64,000 nucleotides of DNA, taken from contig CAVSHR010000004.1 in assembly GCA_963727625.1 (NCBI GenBank), forward strand, positions 384,001 through 448,000, written 5' to 3'. Source of the DNA: an uncultured delta proteobacterium. Lineage in GTDB: Bacteria > Desulfobacterota > Binatia > UBA9968. The translations under genes were made by a program, and so were the position numbers. The notes under the pieces were generated by a model. The model searched no databases and was not told the origin of the DNA. It saw only the letters and a list, made by a program, of their open reading frames with translations. Below, piece by piece: positions 9,657-18,600 of the stretch (positions within the stretch are counted from its first letter, which is position 1; each line of letters starts with the position of its first letter).

Positions 9657-10541
9657 ATGCGTGAAATCGTCTTAGGCGCCAACGAGATACCCAAGAGAGT
9701 CGAGAGTTTTTTAAAAAAGCGGTTCCCGATCGGTTATGTCAGGAAGCTTTTCCGCAAGAGCGGGGTGCGCGTCAACGGCCGGCGGGCCAAGGCGGAGGAT
9801 GTAATTCGCGCGGGCGACCGGATTCAACTCTACATTCCCTTTGAAGCCGATAAAAAATACCTCGCCCCGATCGCGCGTCCAGACAAGCTCGAAATCGTTT
9901 TTGAGGACGACACGCTTCTAGTGGTGAACAAATGCGCCGGGCTTGCCGTACATGAAGGCAGGACTATCAGCAAAAAAGATTCGGTTCTGGGAATGCTCGA
10001 AGCAAAATACCGTGACCGAGGCATTAAACCGCAACTCGTCCACCGCCTCGACAAAGACACATCCGGTCTGCTGTTAATTGCAAAGAATCCACAAAGCGCC
10101 GATAAATTGATGGCGCTTTTCGACTCGGGCGAGGTCGGCAAAGAATATCTCTGCCTGGTTGTCGGGCGGCTGCCATTTAACGACGGCAAGATCGACTTCC
10201 CTTTGCCCGGGCGTGAGAGCAAGCCGGTTCGCGCTCTCACCCATTACCGGGTCCTAAAGCGCTATCCGGAGACTACCCTGGTGCGGGTGATCATCGAAAC
10301 TGGCCGGCTGCATCAAATCCGTTTGCACTTCGCCAAGCTCGGTTATCCCGTGGTGATGGACGATCAGCACGGCGATTTCCAATTTAATAAACGCTTTCGC
10401 AAGGCATTCGGGTTGAAGCGCCAGTTTCTGCACGCCGAGAAATTGAAACTGAACTATGGCGGGAAGCCGCGGCAGTGGACAGCGCCGATTGAGAAAGACT
10501 TGCGCAACACTCTCGACCTAATGTCGGACGAGCTATGCTGA
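9657..10541 (+). CDS. RluA/RluC-family RNA pseudouridine synthase
   Basis: S4-like N-terminus, VHRLDKDTSGLLL catalytic motif, TGRLHQIRLH, QFLHA. Confidence 0.92.
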   Translation: MREIVLGANEIPKRVESFLKKRFPIGYVRKLFRKSGVRVNGRRAKAEDVIRAGDRIQLYIPFEADKKYLAPIARPDKLEIVFEDDTLLVVNKCAGLAVHEGRTISKKDSVLGMLEAKYRDRGIKPQLVHRLDKDTSGLLLIAKNPQSADKLMALFDSGEVGKEYLCLVVGRLPFNDGKIDFPLPGRESKPVRALTHYRVLKRYPETTLVRVIIETGRLHQIRLHFAKLGYPVVMDDQHGDFQFNKRFRKAFGLKRQFLHAEKLKLNYGGKPRQWTAPIEKDLRNTLDLMSDELC

Positions 10542-10565
10542 ACCGTGCGACTGTTTTCCTGATTT

Positions 10566-11201
10566 TCACAGTTTCCGCACCAACATGATACCGTCGCGCA
10601 GCGGCAACAAGACATTTTCCACCCGTGGGTCGTTGCGGATGCGCTTGTTGAGTGCGTCGATCGCTCTGGTGCCCTGGTCTTGCGGATAGAGGACGCGGCC
10701 TCCTCTCATCATGTTGTCCAAAATAATTAATCCATGGGACCGAACCAGCTCCAAGCAGCGATCGTAGTAGATACCGTAATTTTCTTTGTCAGCGTCGATA
10801 AAACAAAGATCGAAGGGGCCCCAGATGGACCTCAGCGAATCCAACGCGGGGCCAAGTTTGATTTCGATTTTATTGCCGTGCGGGCTATCGGCAAAATAGC
10901 GCTTGGCGATTTCCGCGGTCTCGGGATTGATCTCGCAGGTTACCACGCGCCCGTCTTTGGGCAATGCTTCGGCCCAAGCCAGCGTGCTGTAGCCGGTAAA
11001 CATGCCGATTTCGAGGATGCGCCGGGCGCCGGTCATCTCGGCCAGCATTTTCAGAAACTGACCTTCCACCGGTCCGACCATCATCGCCGGGCTATGGGTC
11101 TTCGAGTAGGTCTCCACCCAGAGTTTGTCGTGCAGAGCGGATAACGGCTTGCTGCACCGTTCCGCGTAGTCTTCTATCCCAATCGGCCGTACGTCGAGCA
11201 T
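10566..11201 (-). CDS. Class I SAM-dependent O-methyltransferase (caffeoyl-CoA OMT/TrmR-like)
   Basis: ILEIGMFTGYS, FDLCFIDADKENY, DN, LPLRDG. Start taken at MLDVRP. Confidence 0.9.
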   Translation of the reverse strand: MLDVRPIGIEDYAERCSKPLSALHDKLWVETYSKTHSPAMMVGPVEGQFLKMLAEMTGARRILEIGMFTGYSTLAWAEALPKDGRVVTCEINPETAEIAKRYFADSPHGNKIEIKLGPALDSLRSIWGPFDLCFIDADKENYGIYYDRCLELVRSHGLIILDNMMRGGRVLYPQDQGTRAIDALNKRIRNDPRVENVLLPLRDGIMLVRKL

Positions 11202-11272
11202 TTTACTTTCCCTACCAATTCCGAAACATACCCGAATAGCAAAATCCTGAGAGCTTGTCTTGATCAATGTCC

Positions 11273-12022
11273 TTACGGTCCGGTCAGCCGCATGCCGCCG
11301 TCCACCGGCAAGATCGCTGCCGTCACCATCGAGGCTTCCTCCGAGGCGAGATAAAGCGCCGCGCAAGCGACGTCCTGCGGTTCACCGATGCGGCCGAGCG
11401 GCACTCGAGTTTTGTATCGCGCAAGCTTCTCGGGCGTCGAGGTGTCGACCATCGGCGTGCGCGTCGGACCGGGACAGATACAGTTGACGCGAATCTTATC
11501 TTTTGCGTGGTCCATGGCCATCGCTTCGGTCAATCGCACCATGCCGCCCTTCGATGCGCAATAGGCCGCCCGCCCCGATTGGCCGAGCATGCCCGAGCGC
11601 GCCGCGATATGCAGGATCACGCCGCCGCCGCGCTTTATCATTTCGGGAATCGCCAGGCGCGAGACGATGAAGGCGCCTTTGAGATTGACGTCGAGCGTGC
11701 GGTCCCAATCTTCTTCCGTGATGTCGGTGATGCTGCCGTTGGTGCGCACGCCGGCGCTGTTGACGACGATATCGATACCGCCCAACTGTTGGACAGTCGC
11801 ACCGATCAAGGCTTTCATCTGCGCCGAGTTGGAAACATCGCCCGGCCAATAAAGCGCCCTGCCGCCGATTTTCTCGACCATGGCAACCGTCTCGCGGCCC
11901 TTCGCTTCGGTAGGAGACGTTCCCGCCACAACCGCGCCTTCTTTTGCAAACATGACCGCTATCGCCTGTCCCAATCCTGACCCAAATCCGGTAATAAACG
12001 CCGCTTTCCCTTTAAGTTTCAT
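11273..12022 (-). CDS. Short-chain dehydrogenase/reductase
   Basis: TGFGSGLG, VNSAG, YCASKGG, RVNCICPG, VDGG. Confidence 0.92.
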   Translation of the reverse strand: MKLKGKAAFITGFGSGLGQAIAVMFAKEGAVVAGTSPTEAKGRETVAMVEKIGGRALYWPGDVSNSAQMKALIGATVQQLGGIDIVVNSAGVRTNGSITDITEEDWDRTLDVNLKGAFIVSRLAIPEMIKRGGGVILHIAARSGMLGQSGRAAYCASKGGMVRLTEAMAMDHAKDKIRVNCICPGPTRTPMVDTSTPEKLARYKTRVPLGRIGEPQDVACAALYLASEEASMVTAAILPVDGGMRLTGP

Positions 12023-12069
12023 CGCCACGCGTCCTCCCTGGAAGCCAAGACGAGGAACTTTCACAAAAG

Positions 12070-12098
12070 TTGACTCGGTTCCGGCTCATTGTTACCTT
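12070..12098 (+). promoter_or_regulatory. Putative sigma70 promoter for the COG0523 gene
   Basis: TTGACT-N17-TACCTT with an extended -10 TG. Confidence 0.55.
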
Positions 12099-12129
12099 TA
12101 GAAAACAATCATGGAAGGATTTCAAGTGC

Positions 12130-13386
12130 ATGGCGGAAACCAACGATCAAAGAGTGCCGGTCACCGTACTTACCGGTTTTCTCGGCGCCGGCAAGACGAC
12201 CTTACTTAACCGAATATTGACCGCCGATCACGGCCGGCGTGTCGCCGTCATCGTCAACGAATTCGGCGAAGTCGGCATCGATCATCATTTGCTGATTTCC
12301 TCCGACCAAGAAGTTGTCGAAATGAGCAACGGCTGCATCTGCTGCACCGTGCGCGGCGACCTGTTACGAAGCTTATTCGGACTTCTCGACCACCGGGACA
12401 AATTCGACACGCTGATGATCGAAACCACCGGCCTCGCCGATCCCGCGCCGGTGGTGCAGAGTTTTTTCGTCGATGATCGAATCAAAAGCGAATATCAGCT
12501 CAACGGCGTCGTCACGGTAGTCGATGCCAAGCATATTTTCCAACAACTGGGCAACTCGCCGGAGGCAAAAGAACAAATCGCCTTCGCCGACATGGTGCTG
12601 CTCAACAAAATCGATTTGATCAATCCCGAGGATCTGCCCGAGCTCGAATTCAAGCTGCGCAATTTAAACGGCGCCGCGCGCATTTGCCAGACGCGCAACT
12701 CCGACGTCGATATCGGCACAGTCTTGGATCTGCGTAGCCTTGATGTCGAAGTCCGAGCAGAAAACCACGATCACAACCATAGTCACACCGACGACATCGA
12801 AACGGTGTCGATTACTACGCCGGGCGATCTCGACGGTTTAAAGCTGAGCCACTGGTTTCGCGCGCTGCTGGCGGAATTCGGGGAGCACATTATGCGCATG
12901 AAGGGGATTCTAAACCTGCGCAAAGATCCCGATCAGTTCGTGTTCCAGGGCGTGCACATGCTTTTCGAAGGCCGCCCCGGCCGAGCTTGGGCCGACGATG
13001 AAGAACGGCTCAATCGGCTGGTGTTCATCGGCCGCAATTTGAATAAAGAGAAAATTAGTCAAGGTTTTTTGGATTGCATCACCACGGCGAGCGGCGCCTT
13101 ATCTGCCGAAGACATCGATCCGTTCGGGCGTAAGCAGGACGTGTCCAAGTTTACTCTCGACCAGATCCGCTACTGGGTGCAAACAATTTTGACGTTTCCG
13201 CCGGACGCGCCCATCGTGGTCAAGGAAGTCCCTTGCGTTAAAGCCGGCTGCCCGCCGGTGGAAACCGCGATCATGGTATTTCTCAAAAACGAGCCACCCC
13301 GGACTTTTAAGATCCTCGCGCGCATCAACGAGGTCACCTTCGATCACGTCTATAACTTGATCGAAAATCCGCTACCCTGCTGCTGA
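12130..13386 (+). CDS. COG0523/CobW-family metallochaperone GTPase with an extra Cys-rich C-terminal domain
   Basis: GFLGAGKTT, NEFG, GCICC, ETTG, NKID, His-rich linker, CobW_C (RMKG...LVFIG), then an ~80 aa extension ending in PCC. Confidence 0.92.
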   Translation: MAETNDQRVPVTVLTGFLGAGKTTLLNRILTADHGRRVAVIVNEFGEVGIDHHLLISSDQEVVEMSNGCICCTVRGDLLRSLFGLLDHRDKFDTLMIETTGLADPAPVVQSFFVDDRIKSEYQLNGVVTVVDAKHIFQQLGNSPEAKEQIAFADMVLLNKIDLINPEDLPELEFKLRNLNGAARICQTRNSDVDIGTVLDLRSLDVEVRAENHDHNHSHTDDIETVSITTPGDLDGLKLSHWFRALLAEFGEHIMRMKGILNLRKDPDQFVFQGVHMLFEGRPGRAWADDEERLNRLVFIGRNLNKEKISQGFLDCITTASGALSAEDIDPFGRKQDVSKFTLDQIRYWVQTILTFPPDAPIVVKEVPCVKAGCPPVETAIMVFLKNEPPRTFKILARINEVTFDHVYNLIENPLPCC

Positions 13387-13401
13387 TACGCGTTTAAGAT
13401 T

Positions 13402-13429
13402 TCGAGTCTCGGTCTCGATTTTTTTATTT
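13402..13429 (+). terminator. Putative intrinsic terminator after the COG0523 gene
   Basis: TCGAG-TCTCGGT-CTCGA hairpin followed by a T-run. Confidence 0.5.
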
Positions 13430-13472
13430 GGCGACCCCTCTTGAAGCAACCCACGCCGGGTTATTCTCCACG

Positions 13473-14888
13473 CTACTCCGCCGCCAGCTTACGCACGATC
13501 TCGTACATTGCCCGAATCCCAAATCTCAAACCCTCCACGGAAGTCCGTTCATCGACACCGTGAACCAGACCTTCGCTGCCGGGACCGCTGCGACGAGGCA
13601 TGAAGCCTAAGCAGGGGATACCCTTTTCGCGAAAGAAATGGCAATCGGTAAAGCCGCGCACCAACGGCGCGACGACCCGCGCGCCGGGGTCATGAGCTTT
13701 GGCAAACTCGGTGATGATTCGTAGCGCTTCGGGATGGGGCGGCGAAGTAGCGGCGGGAAACGAAAGCAGGACGTCGATTTTGATCGACTCATCGCCGATG
13801 ACTTCTCGCAGCTCGCCGATGAAGGCCTGGGGATTTTCTCCAGGCAGCAACCTGACATCAAGATTGGCGGTGGCCAGCGTCGGAATGACGTTCACTTTGT
13901 CCGAGCCTTTGACGCCGGTGATCGCGATGGTATTGCGCACGCTGGCGTTGTTGCGCGCATCTTTGAGAAATTCGGCGCGAAATTCCGGGTCTTGCAGCGA
14001 CCCACGTAAATCCCGATAGCGCATCCGGCTCGGTTCAGGCGCATAGCCCGCCATGTCGGCATATAACTTTTCCACCTCGGGCACCACTTTGATCGGGCTC
14101 TGGTACGCCATGATACGATTGAGCGCCGCAATCAGTTTGTTTACCGCGAGATTATGACCCGGTGTCGAGCCGTGACCCGGCCTACCGGATGCCGTGAGTT
14201 TTAACCAGAGCGGGGTTTTCTCGGCGACGCTGACGTTGTAAACGCGCGCTCGACGGTCCACGCCGACGCGAATCCCGCCGCCTTCGTTCAATACCAGGCC
14301 GGCGTCCTTGAATAACTCGGCGTGCTTCTCGGTCACATAACCCGCGCCCAAGGCACCGCCGGCCTCTTCGTCTGCGGTGCCGAGAAAAATGACGTCTCCT
14401 TTGAGCGCCGCTCGTTGTCGTTTGAGCGCCAGCATCGCCGTCAGCTCCATGATCGCCGCGCCCTTGTCGTCCAACGCGCCCCTTCCCCAGATAATGCCGT
14501 CTTTAATCAAACCGCTGAATGGCGGTTCCTTCCACAGCTTCGCATCTGCCGGCACCACGTCCATATGGTTGAGCAAGACCGTCGCTTTCTTGCTGCCGTC
14601 GCCGCGCAGGCGCGCGTAGATGTTGCCTCTGCCCGGAGCGGATTCGATGATTTTCGCCTCGATCCCCTCGCGCTCGAAAATTTCCTTGAAGAACTCCGCC
14701 GCTTTGATTTCATTGCCCGGCGGATTGGTGGTGTCGATCTGAATGTAGCGGCTCAACAGCGCGACTGCATTGTCCTCCAAGGCTTTCCAGTTAAACGCCG
14801 CATCCGCCCCATAGCCTCGGACCGGTACCCGCGCCAACGCCGTCAGCACAATCATCAGAAACAGACCGAGTCGCTTGCTCATTTTCAT
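13473..14888 (-). CDS. Exported M20-family metallopeptidase/amidohydrolase
   Basis: Signal-peptide-like N-terminus, HMDVVP, GRGALDDKG, DEEAGG, NEGG, HGVDER; ATGA overlap with the miaA stop. Confidence 0.9.
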   Translation of the reverse strand: MKMSKRLGLFLMIVLTALARVPVRGYGADAAFNWKALEDNAVALLSRYIQIDTTNPPGNEIKAAEFFKEIFEREGIEAKIIESAPGRGNIYARLRGDGSKKATVLLNHMDVVPADAKLWKEPPFSGLIKDGIIWGRGALDDKGAAIMELTAMLALKRQRAALKGDVIFLGTADEEAGGALGAGYVTEKHAELFKDAGLVLNEGGGIRVGVDRRARVYNVSVAEKTPLWLKLTASGRPGHGSTPGHNLAVNKLIAALNRIMAYQSPIKVVPEVEKLYADMAGYAPEPSRMRYRDLRGSLQDPEFRAEFLKDARNNASVRNTIAITGVKGSDKVNVIPTLATANLDVRLLPGENPQAFIGELREVIGDESIKIDVLLSFPAATSPPHPEALRIITEFAKAHDPGARVVAPLVRGFTDCHFFREKGIPCLGFMPRRSGPGSEGLVHGVDERTSVEGLRFGIRAMYEIVRKLAAE

Positions 14889-15850
14889 AGGCACTCCCCG
14901 CCTTGTTCACCGGTAGCGACCGCCGCGTCAATCGAGCGCAGAAACTCGCTTGCTCGCTGGAAGATTTTCTGCCGCTGTTTTTCCGGATGAAACCAGAGAA
15001 TTTCTCCGTCACGGCGAAACCAGGTGAGCTGGCGTTTGGCTAGACGGCGGGTTTCCTGCTTCATCTCCGCCAACGCCTGGGGCAACTCCTTCTCACCCTG
15101 CAACACCTCGCCCATCTGACGGTAACCGACACTGCGCAGCGGTTTCAACTCCAAGCTGAATCCCTGCGCGACCAAGTTCCGCACCTCTTCCAAGAGGCCG
15201 TCTTGAACCATCCGCTCGCTGCGCCGGTTGATTCGGTCGTAAAGCTCGGCGCGCTCGCGCCGCAAGCCGATCTTGAGCAGCGCGAAGGGTTGGTCATGAA
15301 AAGCATGCTCCTTCTGCCAGGCGCTGATCGGCCGGCCGGTGATTTCGAACACCTCCAGGGCGCGGATAATGCGCTGGCGGTCATGGGGATGAATCGTCGA
15401 GGTCACATTGCCGTCGATCGCAACCAAACGCTGATACAGGGCTGCGAGCCCCTCCTCGTTGATCTGCCGCTCCAGCGCCGCGCGCAAAGCCGCATTCTGA
15501 CCGGGCCCCTCGAAAAGTCCCTGGGTCAGCGCCTTGAGATAGAGTCCGGTGCCGCCGCAAACGATGATGTTTTTTCCCCGCCCATGAATCTGCTCGATGA
15601 TCGCCAGAGCGACCCGGCGAAATTGCGCGGCGTTGAATTCCTCGTCCGGATTGACCACGTCGATGAGATGATGGGGAACCCGTTGCCGTTCGGGCGCCAA
15701 AGGTTTCCCCGTGCCGACATCCAAGAAGCGATACACCTGCTGTGAATCCGCGTTGACTATTTCGCCATCGATGTTTAGCGCCAACTCCAGCGCCAGTTCG
15801 CTTTTGCCGACCGCGGTAGGACCGAGAACAATGACGAGCTTAGGTTTCAT
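14885..15850 (-). CDS. miaA: tRNA dimethylallyltransferase
   Basis: GPTAVGKS, ADSQQVYR, GGTGLY, AKRQLTWFR; follows mutL. Confidence 0.96.
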   Translation of the reverse strand: MKPKLVIVLGPTAVGKSELALELALNIDGEIVNADSQQVYRFLDVGTGKPLAPERQRVPHHLIDVVNPDEEFNAAQFRRVALAIIEQIHGRGKNIIVCGGTGLYLKALTQGLFEGPGQNAALRAALERQINEEGLAALYQRLVAIDGNVTSTIHPHDRQRIIRALEVFEITGRPISAWQKEHAFHDQPFALLKIGLRRERAELYDRINRRSERMVQDGLLEEVRNLVAQGFSLELKPLRSVGYRQMGEVLQGEKELPQALAEMKQETRRLAKRQLTWFRRDGEILWFHPEKQRQKIFQRASEFLRSIDAAVATGEQGGECL

Positions 15851-15891
15851 GACTGGGAGGGTGGCGCGGAGCAAAACCCGTGCGCGATTCG

Positions 15892-17658
15892 TCAGACGAT
15901 GCGCTTGAACAGCCTTTCCAGCTCCTCACGGCGAAATTCAATCAGCACCGGGCGGCCGTGCGGGCACTGGGTCGCAAACGGGATCTGATCCAAGTCCCGC
16001 AGCAACGCGCGCATTTCGTCCACTTCCAGAGCGCGATTGGCACGAATCACGCTATGGCAGGCGATGGTCGCCAGGCGGTCCTCAAGATGCTGGCGGAGTT
16101 TCGCCGAGGTGTCCACTTCGGCCAACTCCGCGACCATGCCCCGTACCAACCGGCTGTAGTCCCCCTCGGGCAACAGCGCCGGCGCGCTGGTGATGGCATA
16201 GGAACCCGGACCGAAAGGCTCTAAGTCAAAGCCGAAGCGTGCCATCAGCTCACGCTTTTGCTCCACGAGCATCATCTCGCCCGCGCTTAGCTCGACGCTC
16301 TGCGATATCAATAAACTCTGGGTTTCGACTCGGCCCTCGTCCAGCTGTCGGCGCAATCGCTCGAAAGCGACTCTTTCATGGGCCGCATGTTGATCGATCA
16401 ACGCCAACCCGTGGGCTGAAGCGCAAACTAAATAGCAGCCGAGGATTTGCCCGAGCACGCGCATCGACGAGAAGAAGCCTTCTTCACCGTCGCCGACGAC
16501 GGTCTGCGCCGGCGCGCTAAAGAACGGGCCGCGCAACGGATCGCTAGTATTTTGTTCACCGGCCGCGGCAACGGTATAGGGCAGCGACGATTCATGAACG
16601 GTGCTCAACCTCTCCGGCCACGGCACAAAATCACGTGCCGCCGGAGCCTTGGCTTCGCGATGGAGCGCCTGGCGAACTGCACGCGATACCGCCTCATGGA
16701 TCTCCGATTGGCGGCGAAAGCGCACTTCGAATTTTGCCGGATGAACGTTCACATCCACTTCTTCGAACGGCAAATCGAGGAACAGCACCGCCGCCGGGTA
16801 TTGGCCCTTCATCAACAGAGTATCGTAACCGAACATTAGCGCGTGGGTGAGCACCTTATCCCGCACATAGCGGCGGTTCACGAAGGTATAAAGATAACGC
16901 GCATTGGGATAGGAAGTGGGCGCCGAGCTCAAGAATCCATGCACCGCAAGGTCACCCTGAGCACGGCTGAATGGGCGCAATCCCTTGGCCACTTCGCGGC
17001 CCAATACCTGGGACAATCGGTCCTTCGGATCGGCGACCGAAATATAGTCGGCCACGGTGCGACCGTCATGCTGCAGACGAAAATGCACCTGAGGATATGC
17101 CAGCGCCATACGGTTGAGTGCATCACAAATATGACTCAGTTCGGTGGCCGGCGCTTTGAGAAACTTGCGCCGCGCCGGCGTATTAAAAAATATCTCACGA
17201 GTCTCGACGGTGGTGCCGATGGGTGCCGCGGTAGGCCGCATTTCCGCTTTTTTACCGCCGTCGACGGCGACCCGATGGCCGCTTGCCACGCCGGGCGGGC
17301 GGGATACAATTTCCAGCTTTGAAACCGAGCCGATGCTCGGCAACGCCTCGCCGCGGAAGCCCAATGTAGAGATGCGAAACAAGTCCTCGTCTTCCTTCAG
17401 TTTGCTGGTGGCATGGCGCTCCACCGCGAGCTCCAAATCCTGCGCAGCCATGCCGGGGCCGTTGTCGGTCACGCGAATGACCGAGGTGCCACTCTTCTCG
17501 ATCCAGAGGAAAATTTCCGTGGCGCCCGCGTCGAGGCTGTTCTCGATCAGCTCCTTGACCACGGAGGCCGGCCGCTCGACCACTTCGCCGGCGGCGATAC
17601 GGCTGGCCATCTCATCGGATAAAATTTGGATTTTCGCTCTTGGTTCCGTATCGATCAT
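15892..17658 (-). CDS. mutL: DNA mismatch repair endonuclease MutL
   Basis: IAAGEVVERP, ENSLDAGA, GFRGEAL, DVNVHPAK, and endonuclease motifs DQHAAHER, ACH, CPHGRP. Confidence 0.97.
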   Translation of the reverse strand: MIDTEPRAKIQILSDEMASRIAAGEVVERPASVVKELIENSLDAGATEIFLWIEKSGTSVIRVTDNGPGMAAQDLELAVERHATSKLKEDEDLFRISTLGFRGEALPSIGSVSKLEIVSRPPGVASGHRVAVDGGKKAEMRPTAAPIGTTVETREIFFNTPARRKFLKAPATELSHICDALNRMALAYPQVHFRLQHDGRTVADYISVADPKDRLSQVLGREVAKGLRPFSRAQGDLAVHGFLSSAPTSYPNARYLYTFVNRRYVRDKVLTHALMFGYDTLLMKGQYPAAVLFLDLPFEEVDVNVHPAKFEVRFRRQSEIHEAVSRAVRQALHREAKAPAARDFVPWPERLSTVHESSLPYTVAAAGEQNTSDPLRGPFFSAPAQTVVGDGEEGFFSSMRVLGQILGCYLVCASAHGLALIDQHAAHERVAFERLRRQLDEGRVETQSLLISQSVELSAGEMMLVEQKRELMARFGFDLEPFGPGSYAITSAPALLPEGDYSRLVRGMVAELAEVDTSAKLRQHLEDRLATIACHSVIRANRALEVDEMRALLRDLDQIPFATQCPHGRPVLIEFRREELERLFKRIV

Positions 17659-17778
17659 CGACGACAATGTAGCGCAATTACCTCGGTCAAGAAACCGGTG
17701 CGGTTCACTCGCTCCCGGCCGATGCATTAAACGGCAAGCGAGGTCGGCAAAGGGCGCTCGCATGTTCCGGAGGGTTAG

Positions 17779-18574
17779 ATGAAAACACTCTCTTGTCTGC
17801 TGGTTTTCTTCCGCACCGTCATTGCCCCATCGAACCCGAAGGCTGCGCAAGAACCGGGCGACGTCGAGACGAAGGTCAAAACGCTGTTCATCGATCCGCA
17901 GTCGCAAACACCGATCATCATCCTTGAAACTGAAACGGTCGTGACCAAGAGAATTTTGCCGATCTGGATCAATATCGCGGAAGCCAGAGCCATCGCCCTG
18001 GAGCTCGAGCACGTGACGCTGCCGCGGCCGTTAACCCTCGACCCGATCCGCAATATGCTTCAAGGCCATGGGCGCAACTCTGCAGCGGGCATCGATCACC
18101 GAGCTGCGTAACAACACCTATTTCGCCCGCCTCTCGCTCGTCGTCAATGGGCAAGGCTTGGGAAATCGACAGCCGGCCGAGCGATGCGATCGCCCTCGCC
18201 TTGCGCATGAAGGCGCCGATCTTTGCGTCTAACCAGGTGTTGGCCCAAGCCAAACCGCTGCCGGCGAGATCGATGGGTTAGGGACAGATTCAGGGTAAGC
18301 TGGGCATTCAATCGCAGGACTTAAATGCCGAGCTCGCCAAGCTGCTCGATAGCCAACAGCAGGGAGGCGTGCTGGTTACCGAGGTGAAGTTCGGCGGCGC
18401 AGGCATGAAAGCCGGACTGCAGCGCGGCGACATCATCGTTAAGCTCAACGCACATGCTATCCGATCCGCGGCCGATCTCGAATCTGCGCTCCAAACCGCC
18501 ATATTCCCCGGTAAAGTCACCCTCGAAGTCATAAAAAAGGCAAGCCGACCACCATTGTGATCGACTTGCCTTGA
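17779..18574 (+). pseudogene. Decayed DUF151/bifunctional nuclease-PDZ fusion gene
   Basis: LPIWI..AEARAIA..PRPLT in frame 1; ITELRNNTYFARL in frame 2 after ~18061; EIDSRPSDAIALAL in frame 3 after ~18161; TAG at 18279; then a PDZ domain (LGIQSQDL...GVLVTEV...AGLQRGDIIVKLN). Confidence 0.8.
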
Positions 18575-18600
18575 TGATTTAAAGTTAACCTTAAAAAACT

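Noticed and set aside
13378-13430. TGC TGC TGA followed by a hairpin, read as possible selenocysteine plus SECIS
   Set aside because: The hairpin is followed by a T-run and fits an intrinsic terminator; the readthrough sequence is not protein-like.
17659-18012. 118-aa N-terminal extension of MutL in the ORF track
   Set aside because: It overlaps the divergent DUF151 gene; MutL homology starts at KIQIL, so the true start is near 17658.
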